Shown: piece after piece, positions 50,101-62,100 of the stretch | Layout: every line of letters begins with the position of its first letter | Numbering within the stretch: the stretch's first letter is position 1 | NCBI GenBank assembly: GCA_048497935.1 | Contig: JBEHYY010000005.1 | Span: 46,118 to 110,117, forward strand | Length of the DNA: 64,000 nucleotides | Direction: 5' to 3' | Source of the DNA: Verrucomicrobiota bacterium | Lineage (GTDB): Bacteria; Verrucomicrobiota; Verrucomicrobiia; Opitutales; JABDGR01 | Translations under genes and position numbers: made by a program | The notes under the pieces: generated by a model | Seen by the model: the letters and a program-made list of their open reading frames with translations, nothing else | What the model was told of the DNA's origin: nothing | Databases searched by the model: none

Positions 50101-53100
50101 AGGTATAGAGGAAGCCACCGGTACCCAGGGCCGCCGCATTGCCGATGGCCAGCGTGCCGCCATTGAGGGTGGTGCCGCCCGTGTAGTTGCTCGCGCCGCT
50201 CAAGGTTTGCTGGCCGGGGCCGTTGATGACCACGCTGCCGTTGCCCGTCAGGATGCCGCTGAACACGCTGGTGGCATTGGCCACACCGGCGAAGTTCAAC
50301 GTGACCGGCAAGGCGGCCGTCGTGTTGGTGTTCATCAGGTTCAGGGTGCCGGAGCCGACCAAGCCGCCGAGGTTGGCCGTGACGATGCTGGGGCCGAAGA
50401 GGTAGGTGCCGCCCTGGTTGTTCACGCTCACGGTGGCATTCTGCACGGCGAGCGTCGTGGTGGCGCCGCCTGCACGGTCGAAGATCACATTGCCGCCCGA
50501 GTTGTACAGGGTGCCGGTGAAGGTGTTGATGCCGCCCAACACGAGGTTGCCATTGCCGAACTTGGTGATGCTGCTCGTGGTGCCGTTGTTGGCGAGCGTC
50601 ACATTGATGGTCGTGGCATTGGGCGCCCAGGTCGCAATCATCAACGCGCCGTTGAGGTTGGCGGGCTTGATGGTGCCGCTACCCGCTTCGCTGAAGGTCA
50701 CGTTGCCCGCGCCAGTGACATTGCTCGTCACGAGGATGGCATTGAGCGCGAGCGTATTATTCAGGACGATAATGTTGGATTTGTTGGAGCCGTACTGATC
50801 GTCGAAGCGCAAAGCATTCAAGGTGTAGGTGTTGTTGACCGTAATCGGTGCGCCGCCAGCCGGAATGCCCGTGTTACCGCCGGTGAAGCCCAGGTTGCCA
50901 CCCAAGACCAGCGTGCTGTTGGTCGGATCCTGGTTGGTGTCGCCAAAGTACTTCGCCCCAGCGAGCGTGGAGTACGCGACAATGAGCGTGCCATTCTTGG
51001 CTGCGAAGTCGCTCTGGTTCACGAAGGCATAGGGCATGCCGGTCGCCGGGTCGGTGAGCATGGCGCCGTCGGTGCCGCTGCTGGTCGTGACATTGGCACC
51101 CGTGCCGAAATTGGCAGCCACAAAGCTCAAGGCGCCACCCGAGTTGTAGGTGAGGGTGCCGAGATCCAGCGAGAGGGCACCGCTGCCTTTGGTGAGGCTG
51201 ATCGAGGCACCGCCGTTGATCGTCGTGCCCGTCACCGCTTCGCTGTTGGTCGTGTTGCCGAGGATGCTCAGCTTGCTGCCACCCGTGAGGGCCAGGAAGG
51301 AGCTCGTGTTCAGGATGTTGTTGGCCGGAGCCACGGATTGGGTGTGGTCGAGGACCAGGGTGCCCGCCGTGATGTTGGTGGTGCCGTTGTAGGAGTTGGT
51401 GCCGCCCAGGATGAGGGTGCCGTTGCCAGCCTTGCGGATGCCGAAGCCCGCGCCACTGATGTTGCCATCGACTGTCAAGGTGTTGTTACCGACCGTGATC
51501 GTCGGGGAGGCATTCAAGGTCACCGCGCCGGTGCCAAAATTGAAGCTGTAAAGCGAGCCGAGGTAGCTGAAGCTGCCGTTAAAGGCCAAGGGGTTGTTAT
51601 TGGCCAGCGTGATATTGCCAGCGCCGGTGGCGTCAAAGCTGCCACCCGTGAAGGTGAGCAGACCACCGTTGCCGAGCGAGCTGTTGTTGACGAGGTCCAA
51701 GGTGCCCGCCGAGAGCGTGAAGCCGCCGGTAAAGAGGGAGCTGTTGGTGCCGTTGAGCACCAGCAGACCACTGCCCGACTTGATCAGGCTGCCGGAGCCG
51801 GCGATATTGCCTTCAAGGGTCACCGTGTTGGCGCCCGTATTGAAGGTGCCGACCACGCCGGGGTTGACGTTGACCGTGCGGGCGGCCTGGATGTCGATAA
51901 CGTTGCCGGCGAGGAACGTGCTGTTGCCGGTGAAGGTGATGTTGCCGCCAGGAGCACCCAGAACGGCGTCGGCCGCCGCGGCCGTCGAGTTCGTCGAGTC
52001 GTAGTTGATGTTCAACGTACCGGCGTTGATGTAAACGCCGCCGCTGAAGTTGCTGGCGCCACCGAGGCCGGTGAGGATCAAGGTGCCGTTGCCGGTCTTG
52101 CCCAGGGAGTCATTGGAGCCGCCGGCGGCGTTCTTGATATTGCCGCTAAAGGTCATCGTGACGCCATTGTTCACGTTGATTGAACCGGTGCCGGTCGTGG
52201 AGGACGAGGTGTTGGCATCGCCCAAGAAGATGGTGCGGTTGGCGTTGAGGGTCAGGCTGGCGGTCGGATTGAGGGAGCCGCCGTTGAGGGTGATCGAGCC
52301 GACCGTGAAGTTCGTGCTGTTGCCATTGCCGAGGTTATTGTCACTGCCGAAGCTCAGGTTGCCGCCGTTGACCAGGAAGTTGCCGGTGAAGCCGCCGCTC
52401 GTTCCATTGGAGGCGACGTTGGCGTTGTTGCCGGAGAGCACGAGGTTGCCATTGCCCTGCAGCGTGATGTTGGCGCCAGAATTGATGTTGCCCGTGCCGC
52501 CCGGGAGCGCCGTGGTGCTGTTGGTGGTGCCGGAGATGACGCCGCCCAAGGTCAGTGTGCTGCCGTTGTTGACCGTGATGACGCTATCGGTTGCCACGAC
52601 CACCGCGCCCGTGCCCAAGCTCATGTTGCTGGTGCCGACGAAGGTCATCCCGCCGTTGAGGTAGATCGGGGTGGAGATGAGGGTCATGTTCGCGCCGCTG
52701 ACGTTATCAAACGAACCGCCGTTCATGATCAGGGAGCCATTGACACCCAGGACGGCGTTGTTGGCAAAGTTGAGCGTGCCGCCGTGCAGAATCATGTTCA
52801 GCGCAAAGGCGTTGCTGTTGACAGTGTTGTTGAGCGTCTGGCTGCCCGGACCGTCCATCTCGATCGTGGTGGCGCCATTGATGACGAACTGGCCGCTATA
52901 GGTCGGGTTGGTGCTGTTCAACGGGCTCAGATGCAGAATACCGGAGGAGCCGAGCGAGGTGGCCGCGTTGCCCGCCATGCCGCCAATGTAGGCGTTGTCC
53001 GCACCGACGGTCAAATTACCGCCTTGGAAGTAAACAATGCTATTGGAGAGATAACGGTTGTCCGCGAAGAAGCTGCCCGCCGGACGGTCGAGGTTAATGG

Positions 53101-56100
53101 CACCGGCATCCAAATAGGTTTTGCCTGTGAAAGCGTTGGCGGGCGAACCGGAGGTGTCGTCACCGAGGTTCAAGGTGCCGGCGCCGGCCTTGATCAAGTT
53201 GGTGGAGAGCGTGCCGATATCAATCAAGCGGCCCGAATCAATGGTGAAGGGGTGCAGGATGTTGTTCTGCACAATGACGACGTCGCCGCCAGACGTGCGC
53301 GGCGCCAGCGTGCCACCAGCAATGGCGGCACCCAAGCCCGTCACGGACGAGGAATACAGAATGCCACCCAGATTGAGGGTGAAGTTGCCGCCTTGGTTCA
53401 GGAGCAAGGTGGCGGTGCCATTACCCGAGAGAACGGACAACACGGCCAGGTCCTTATTGGCGCTCAGCACAATGGTGGAGCCATCTGCCGGGAGGCTGGC
53501 ATTCTTCACCAAGCTGTTGTTGATGTTGCCGGTGCCGGAGCCGCCGGAGGTGACATTGGAATAACCACCGATGCTGCTCAAGGAGACGATGGAAGCGTTC
53601 GCCGAGGTCCCCGAGCGGGCCGCCCAATCCGTGTTGTCGCCGGTGCCAATCAGCACAAACGGCGTATTATCAGTGCCGACGATGGCCGTGGCGTTAAGCG
53701 AGGCATTGGACGTGGTGAGGAAGTTGAGGGTGCCGGTGCCATTGGTCGAGAGGTAGAGGAGGCCGCCGGACGTGCGCGAGATGGTGGTGCCGAGGTTCAG
53801 ATTCACCGTGGGGTTGGCGCCGCTGGAGGAGCCGGCAATCGTGATGCTGGCCGTGCCCGTGCCGCCGCTGATCGTGGTGTTACTGAAGGTCTGGTTGTTC
53901 GTCAGATTCGCCTCAATGCTCTTGACCACCAGGTTGGTGGAGCCAATGGAGAAGGAATTGTCGAGGGTGGAGACCGTCACCACATCGCTGCCGTTGAGCA
54001 CCAGGGCCGAGACGGCGTTAATGATGCTGTTCTGCGGGGCGCCCGGGGTGGAGAAATCAAGCAGCAAGGTGCCGCTGTTGATGATGGTGCTGCCGGTGTA
54101 GTTGTTCGTGCCGGACAAGCGCAGCGTGCCGTTGCCCGCGACGCCCAAGCTGCCGGAACCCGTGATGCTGCCGGCGTAGGTCAGGTTGTTGTTGCCGGTG
54201 CTCAACGTGCCGATCATGCCGGAGTTGAGGACGATGGAGCGGGTCTTGCTGAGCGTGAAGTTGCCCGAAGCCTGCAAGGTGCCGTTGCCGCCGAAGATAA
54301 TCGAGGAGGTGACATTGCCACCCAGGGCGACATCCGTGGCGACCGCGAGCGTGCCACCCAGGATGGTGGTGTTGCCGGTGTAGGTGTTGATCTGGTTGGT
54401 GCCAATGGTCAGGACGCCATTGCCGCGCTTGGTCAAGCCGCCGTCAACCGCGGTGCCGTTGATGTCGTGAAGCAAGTTGGCCGAGATGGTGACATTGAAG
54501 CCGTTGGTGTCGATGGACGCACCGCCGGTGGACACGAGTGTGGAATTCAGGCCGTTGATGAAGTTGGTGTTGTTGGCGCCGGCCACGAGATTACCGCCGT
54601 TGAGTGTGAGGATGGCCGAACCGGTGGAGCCGATGTTGGCGCCCAAGATGCCGTTCGTCACCAAGTTGCCGCCACTGAGGATATAAGAGGTCGTGGTGGA
54701 ACCGAAGCTCAGGGAGATTTGATTACCGAAGCGCAGGTTCGCGCCGTTGCCCGTGAGGGTCACCGTGCCGCCATTTTGGATCACATTGGTGACGGCGCTG
54801 TCGGCGAGGTCGTCCGAGGTACTACCACGACCCAGCCACATGATGGAGGCCATCAACTGGGAGGTGCCGCCGATGGTGACGGTGGTGTTGGCCGAACCGG
54901 TGCTGCCACCGATGTCCGACAGGTCCAATTCGACGTTGGAGATGAACTGGCCGTTGCCGGTCAAGGCTAGCGTGGTCACATCGCCATCAGCGAGGCCGAA
55001 GGTGTTCGTGCCCTGATTGCCCGTGGTGTTGGCCGTGAGCACACCGCCCGTGCCAACCGTCACCGTCAATCCGACGCCGGAAGCCGAGATATGGTCGGCA
55101 TTCAGATTGGAGCTCAGATTCACCGGGCCGGTGATATTCAGGTTGCCAGCACCCGTGACGAGCAGGGTCTGGCCGGTGTTGCCGGAGGTCACCACGTTGC
55201 CGCCGAGGGTCAGGGTGTTATTATTGAGCAGCAAGGTGGTGTTCGATTGCAGGGTGTCCACGCTGGCGGCGCCGATCGTGAAGTTGCCCTTCCAGTTCAG
55301 CGTGCCCGACCAGGTCTGGTTATTGCTGATGGTCAGCGCGGAGCCACTGCTGTTGAGCAGGCTGCCGTTGGTGATGTTCAAAATACCGCTGCTGGCGAGG
55401 CCGCCGGCGCTGCCGATGCTCAAGGTGCCGGAGGAGATGGTGGTGTTGCCGAGGTAGCTGTTGGTGCCGTTCAAGGTCAGCGTGCCCGCGCCCACCTTGG
55501 TCAGGCTGCCGTTGCCGGTCAGGTTGCCCGCATAAGTGGTGTCGGAATTATTCGTGCCAACCGTCAGCGCCACGCCGAGGGTGTTGACATTGTTGAGCGC
55601 GAGGTTCTTGTTGCCGCTGAGGCCGCCGAAGGTCGCGTTGGTCAGGCTGCTGAAGCTGAGGTTGCCGTTGCCAATGTTGTAGGTGAAGGTGCTGTTTTGC
55701 AGAACCAGGTTGCCACCGAGAATCAGCGTACCGGCGGTGACGAGGGTGGTGCCACTGAAGGTATTATTGCCCGTCAGGGTGAGGTTTTGCGTGCCAGCCT
55801 GGATAAGATTACCCGTGCCGGAGATAACACCGCTGAAGATGGAGCTGCCACCTTGCTTGAACGACAGGGTGCCATTGTCCAAGATGTTGCTGAAGGCCGG
55901 CAGCGTCGTGTTCATCGTGGTGTTAACCACGCCGTCGCCCAACTGGAGGGTGCCGGAATTGATGATGGTGCCGCCCGTGTAGTTTTCCTGGCCATTGACG
56001 GCGAGGATCAAGGTGCCCGAGCCCGCCTTGACAAAGGTGCCAGCGCCGGAGAGCGCCGTGGCCAGGGTGACGGTCGGGTTCGTGCCGGTGTCAAAGGTGT

Positions 56101-59100
56101 CATTACCCACGTTCAATGCCGCAATGCGGGCCGAGATATCCGTGGTGGTGCTGGCGCCCCACTGGACACCGCCGCCTTGCAGGGTGATATTGCCGCTGCC
56201 GAAATTGCTCAGGCTGTTGAAGTTGATCAGGCCGCCTGTGATGAGCGTGCCACCGGTGTAAGTGTTAAGCGCGTTGAGGAACAGTGTGCCCGCGCCCGCC
56301 TTGCCCAAGGTGCCCGCGCCCGCGAGGACGGAGGAGAAGGTCACGTTGTTGACAAACGTATCAATGGTGTCGATGCCGGAGCTGAGGCCGTTGACCGGAT
56401 CCAGGTTGCCGGAAAGGTCGAACGTGATGCCGGAGTTGTATTGCAAGCCACCACCGGCGAGGATGATGTTGCCCGAGCCGAATTGGGCGGAGGAGTTGGA
56501 GCTGAAGCTGATGAAGCCGCCCGTGATGCGGGTGCCGCCGGTGTAGGTGTTGACGGCGGTCAAGCTGAGGGTGCCGGTGCCGCTCTTGGTCAGGCTGCCG
56601 CTGCCGCTGAAGATGCCGGTGTAGGTGGTGCTGTTGTTGTTATTGCCCACAGTGAGGTTCATCGCCGTGGTGTTGTCGCTTTGGGTCAGGCGGATGTTGC
56701 GGTTGCCGGTCAAGCCGCCGAAGGAGGCGTTCGTCAATGTGCCGAAGCTCAGGTTGCCGTTGCCGACGTTGTAGCTCAGCGTGCTGTTGTTGAGGGCGGT
56801 GTTGCTGCCGAGGATCAGGTTGCCGGTCGTGTTGCTGATGTTGGTGACGCCGGAGAAGCTGTTGTTGCCGGAGAGGGTGATGTTGGTGCCGGCAATCGAA
56901 TTGCTGCCACCGGTGAGATTGGTCAGACCCATGGCGGTCAAAACACCGGTGCCGTTGCCGCTGGCGAGCTGGACATTGAGCAAGTTGTTCGCGCTGGTGT
57001 TACCCTGGATCAGGTTCAAAACCTGGAGAGCGGTCGAGGTGCCGACGCCGGTTGCGTTGGTGGCGAGGTTCACCGTGATGACGTTGCCGCTGATATTGAG
57101 GGAGAGCGGGGTGTTATTCCCGGCGACCACATACCGGATTTGCAGGCTGTTGCCGTTGGTGCCGGCAGTGACCGCCGTGAAGGTGAGATTGCCATTGGCG
57201 ACGGTGGTGCTGCCGGTGAAGTTGTCCGCCGTGATGGAGGCGCGGCCGGTGTTCGTGCCGTTGATCGTCAAATTGCCGGTGCCGGTGATGTTGTTGGAGA
57301 AGTTGATGTCACGGGCGAAGTTGAGGGTCAGGTTGGCGTTGTCGGTGATGGTGCCCACGACGCTGGGCACGGTGAAGTTCGCGCTCGTGCCGCCCAGAGC
57401 CGCGCCGTTGCCGATTTGCAGTGTGCCGCCGGTGATGACCGTGGTGGAGCCGACGAAGGTGGAATTGGCGGTGCCGTTATAAACACCGGTCCAGTTTTCA
57501 GGCTGCGTGATGGTCAGCGTGCCGAGGCCGGCCTTCACCAACACACCCGTACCCGAGAGCGGAACGAGCGAGAGCTGCTCGTTGTTGCCGTTGGTATTCA
57601 GCGTATCCAGCGTGTTGCCACCGTTGGTCAGGTTGGCCGAATTGGCCGCGGAGAGCAGGCCCGTGCCGTTGCTGGCCGCGACGTTGGCCGCGATCACGGA
57701 GACATTGGCGGTCGCGTTGCCATTAATCAGCGCGATGATGCTGGAGGCGTTGGAGGTGATGGTGCCGTTCGCATCCGTGGCCAAGTTCACCACAATAGCG
57801 TTGCCCGTGATGCTCAGACCGGCGGTGGCGTTAACGGTGCCGGGGTTCACAAACGAGACGGTGATATTATTGCCGTTGGCGCCGGGGTTGAGCGCAGTGA
57901 TGGTGATGTTGGCGTTGGCGTTCGTCATGTTGGTCGTCAACGAAGCAGCGGCGTTGCCGGTGATGCTGATGTCGCGCGTAACGTCGATGACGGTGTTAGC
58001 GCCCCACTGGATGCCGCCGCCCTGAAGGATGATTTCAGCCGCCGTGCCAACCGGGTGGGCGGTGGTGTTGGCGGTGGTATTCACACCAAAAGCGCTCAGG
58101 GCAACGAAGTTAATTAAACCGCCGTTGATGGTGGTCGTGCCGTTAAAAGTGTTGGTGCCGTTGAGGGTGAGGGTGCCCGCGCCCGTCTTGATCAACGTGG
58201 CTGCGTTCGTTCCACCATTACCCGAAAGCACGCCACTATAGATGGTGTCCTGGCCATTGCCGCCGACCGTGAGGGTCATATTAGCCGCCGTCGTGGGCAC
58301 CAGGGTAAGGTTTTGCGTGCCGTTCAAGCCGCCGAGGACCGGGGCCGTGATACCGGTGTTGAACTTGAGTGTGCCGGAAACGTAATTCAAAGTCGAATTC
58401 GCCAGCGCAGTATTACTGCCCAAGGCCAGAGTGCCGGCGCTGATGAGTGTTGTGCCATTGAAGAGATTGTAGGTGGTCTGCGTGGTCGAATTACTGGTGA
58501 CGGTGTAGCCCGTGGCACCCAGGGTGAAGGTACCGGTGGAGGTATTGATCGTGAGATTGCCCGCACCGGCGATATTGCCAACGAGCGTGGCGTTGTTCGC
58601 ACCCGTGAGACGGAACTCATTGGTGCCGCCAGCAAGACCGTTAGTGGCAAGGAGATAAAGGACACCCAAGGCATTGCCCGCGCCAGTCGGATTGGTCGGA
58701 TCGAGGTTGTTGGCGCCCCAGATCAAGGTGCCGTTGGTCATCTGCATGGCGTTGTTTGAAGTGCCATTGCCAAACGAGTTGTTGGCACTGAAATTGACGG
58801 TGCCGTTGATGACCGCGCCGCCCGTGAAGGTGTTATTGGTGCCACTCAAGATAAGATTGCCGCCATTGGCTTCAACCAGGCCGCCGCCCACCTGCAGGTT
58901 GCCGCTAACGGTCAGCGTGCCGGCGCTCAAGGTAAGGGCTCCGCTGTAGTTCTGCGTGCCGGAGAGGGTGGCGGCCGTGCCTGAGCCAATCTTGGTAAGA
59001 CTGCCGAGACCACTGAGGTTGCCAGAGTAGGTAGAGGCCGCCGCGCCGGATCCGAGACTAAGGGCAACAGCGGTGTTGGAAGTGGTGTTGAGGGCAATGT

Positions 59101-62100
59101 CCTTATTACCAGTCAGCGCGCCAATGGTGGCGTTGGTGAGGGTGCCGAAGCTGAAGTTGCCGTTGGTCGAGGTATTGACCAGCGTGGTATTCAACGTGGC
59201 ATTCTGGAGGGCGATGTTGCTGCCCAGGGTCAGGAGGGCATTCTGCGCGATGATGACATTGCCGGAGAAGTTGCTGGTGGTGGGGGCCAGCGACACATTG
59301 GAAGCGTTGATAAGGGCGAGGGTGCCGGCGCCGGACAGCGTGTTCGTCAGCGTATTGAGGCTGGCGGACGGCTGGTCGAGGTTGAGCGTGCCGCCAATGA
59401 TGAGCAGCGAATTACCGGTGATGGAACCCGTGGAGCCATTGCCGATGGTGAGAATGTTGTTGGCAGTGACGTTGGTCGAGCCCGTGTAAAGCTGGGCCGT
59501 GTTAAAGATGATGTTCTGGAGGGCGGTGCCGTTGACGATCACACCACCGTTGCCGGAAATGGGGATGGAGAAAGTCGCAGCACCCGCCGCGCCCTTGAAG
59601 GTCAGCGACGAAGTGATATTGGCCAGATTGCCGCCGGAGCCGGTGGAGCCGGAAGTGACGGTGACACCGGTGCTGTTGCTGATGATGGACGCGGCATTCT
59701 GCGTGCCATTGCCCAACACCAAGGTGCCGATGTTGATGCTCGTCGTGCCGGTATACTGCTGGTTGGCGAGCAGGGTAAATGTCGCGCCAACGCTGCCGTT
59801 GACGGTATTGCCCGTGACGAAGAGGTTGCCGTTACCAATGCTGCTGTTGGAGAAGAGGATGCCACCATAGGTGGTTGAAGCGGCACCAAAACCCACCGTC
59901 AGATTAATGTTGGTGATGTCAAGCACGTTGGTGCCATTCATGCCGCCATTGCCCGTCAAGCCACCGAGGTTGACCGCGGAAAGGTTGCCAAAGCTGATGT
60001 TGCCGTTGGTGGTGTTGTTGCCGAGGGTCAAATTGAGCGTGGCGTTAAACAAGGCCTGTTGGTTGGCCAGGATAAGCGTGGCGCCGTTGGCGATCGTCAC
60101 CGTGCCGTTAACCGAATTGTTGCCCGCGAGGGTGATTGTGCTCAGCGCCAGGTTACCACCGTTGGCCAAGGGGGTGCTGCTCATGGCGCCGAGAACTGTC
60201 GATCCTACTGTGCCGACCGGCATGGACACACTGACCAGCCCGGCGACCGTGGCGTTGGATTGCAGCAGGTTCAGGACATTGGCGGCGGTGGAGGTGGGCA
60301 CGCCTGTCGCATTGGTGGCGAGATTGATGGTGATGGTGCTGCCGGAGACGGAGACGGACAAGGGAGTGTTGTTGCCGGCGACCGCGTACACGATGTTGAT
60401 GCTGTTGCCGCCCGTGCCAGGCGTGGTGGCCACGTAAGTGAGGCTGCTATTGCCGCCGCCGCCAAGCGCCAGGGAGGCAGCGCCAACGGTGCTGTTGAGG
60501 ATGATGTTGCCGGTGCCGGAAATCGAGGACGAGACGGTGATGTTGCTTGTTTCCTGGAAGATCAAATTGCCGGAGTCGATGATGGCGCCGCCCAAGAGGC
60601 CGTCGTTGCCGACGGTGCCGTCACCCAACTGTAGGATGTTGTTGGCGTTAATATTGGCCGAGCCCGTGAGGAGGCTGGCGTTGCCGGTATAGATGAATTT
60701 GTACTGCGAACCGCCGGCGATGGTCAAGTTACCGCCCAAACCGGAGATGGGCACGCCGGTCTTTTGCTGGGCGCTGCTGGGTCCGGAGAACTGGAGGTTA
60801 AGGGTGTCCGTGATGCTGGTGCTGTCCACGGAACCGAGTTGTGTCGTATTGCCCAAAACGAGGGTACCACCTGAGATGGTGGTGGTGCCGAGGTAGTGCT
60901 GCTGGCCGACGACGACCAGCGAACCGGTGCCCGCTTTGACGAAACTGCCGTTGCCACTCAGGGTGCCGTTATAGGGAGTCACGCCCACGGTGTAATTGCT
61001 GTTGCCCACGGTCAGCGTCACCGCATTGCCCGTCACATCCTGGAGGACATAATTACCATTGCCGCTCAAACCACCGAGGTTGACAAACGTGCCGGCGCCA
61101 GCGCCAAAGATCAACTGGCCGTTGGTGGTGCTGGATTGGAAGTTGACGGTATTCAGGGCAAAGGTGTTGTCGATGATGATATTGCCTGTGCCGGTGATCG
61201 ACAAGGTGGAGATGAGGGAGTTCGTGCCCGTCAGGTCAACATTGCCAGCGCCCTGCTGAATCATGAAGGACGGCGTGCCGTTGGTCGGGAGCGCGCCGGA
61301 AATATTGCTGGAGATGGTGACCGTGGAGCCGGCGGGTTCATTAAAGATCAACTGCGAGCTGTTGGCGCCAATGACGATCGGACCGGTGAGCGAGCCCGCG
61401 TTGGTGCCGTTACCCAATTGCAGGATCGTGCCAGTGGAGTTAGCCGCCACGGTGCTGTTGGAGGAGTTGCTAGTGCCGCCCACCGGGATGACCGTCGTAC
61501 CAGCATAGGTGTCATTATTGGCGATGATCAGGGATTTGCCCGCCGCGAGAACCGTTACCTGGATGTTGCCGCCGGAAATGGGACCCGCGAGTGTAATATT
61601 ATTACCACTGGGGCCCGTGTTAAGCACGAGGTTGGGCGTGAGGACGTTATTGGTAAAGTTGCCCAAAACAAGCCCGTTGGCGGAAATGTCCGCCGTGGAG
61701 CCGGAGACGTAGCGGATTTCACCGCCGGTCCAGGTGATGGGGCCGGTGCCGAAACTGGCGCTCGCATTGGTCAAGGCGTTGAAGATCACCACACCGACTG
61801 TGCCAGTGGCCGCGGGATTGGCGGTGTTGTTAATGATCATACCTCCGCTGAAAGTATTATTCGTGGTGGAATTGCCCAAGGTGAAGGTGCCAAAGCCCGT
61901 CTTGATGAAGGAGCCGGCGCCGCTGAGATTGCCGGTGTAAGTCGTGGTGGAATTGGCGGTACCGACCGTGAGCGCCACGGCGTTGGAATCCTGGTTCTGC
62001 AGCACGATGCCTTTGTTGCCGCTCAGGCCGCCAAAGTTAGCCGAGGTGATGCCGCTGCCGAAGGTCAGCGTACCGTTGTTTGAGCCGGTGTCGTAAGTCA

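Noticed and set aside
38363-58117. Series of very long plus-strand ORFs (795, 972, 849, 910, 728 and 1,008 aa, among others) opposite the giant gene
   Set aside because: - Their translations are R/G/A/V/D-rich low complexity with no motifs.
- They tile the antisense strand of a single strongly supported ORF.
- Sense codons ending in C or G rarely generate antisense stop codons, so these are shadow ORFs.
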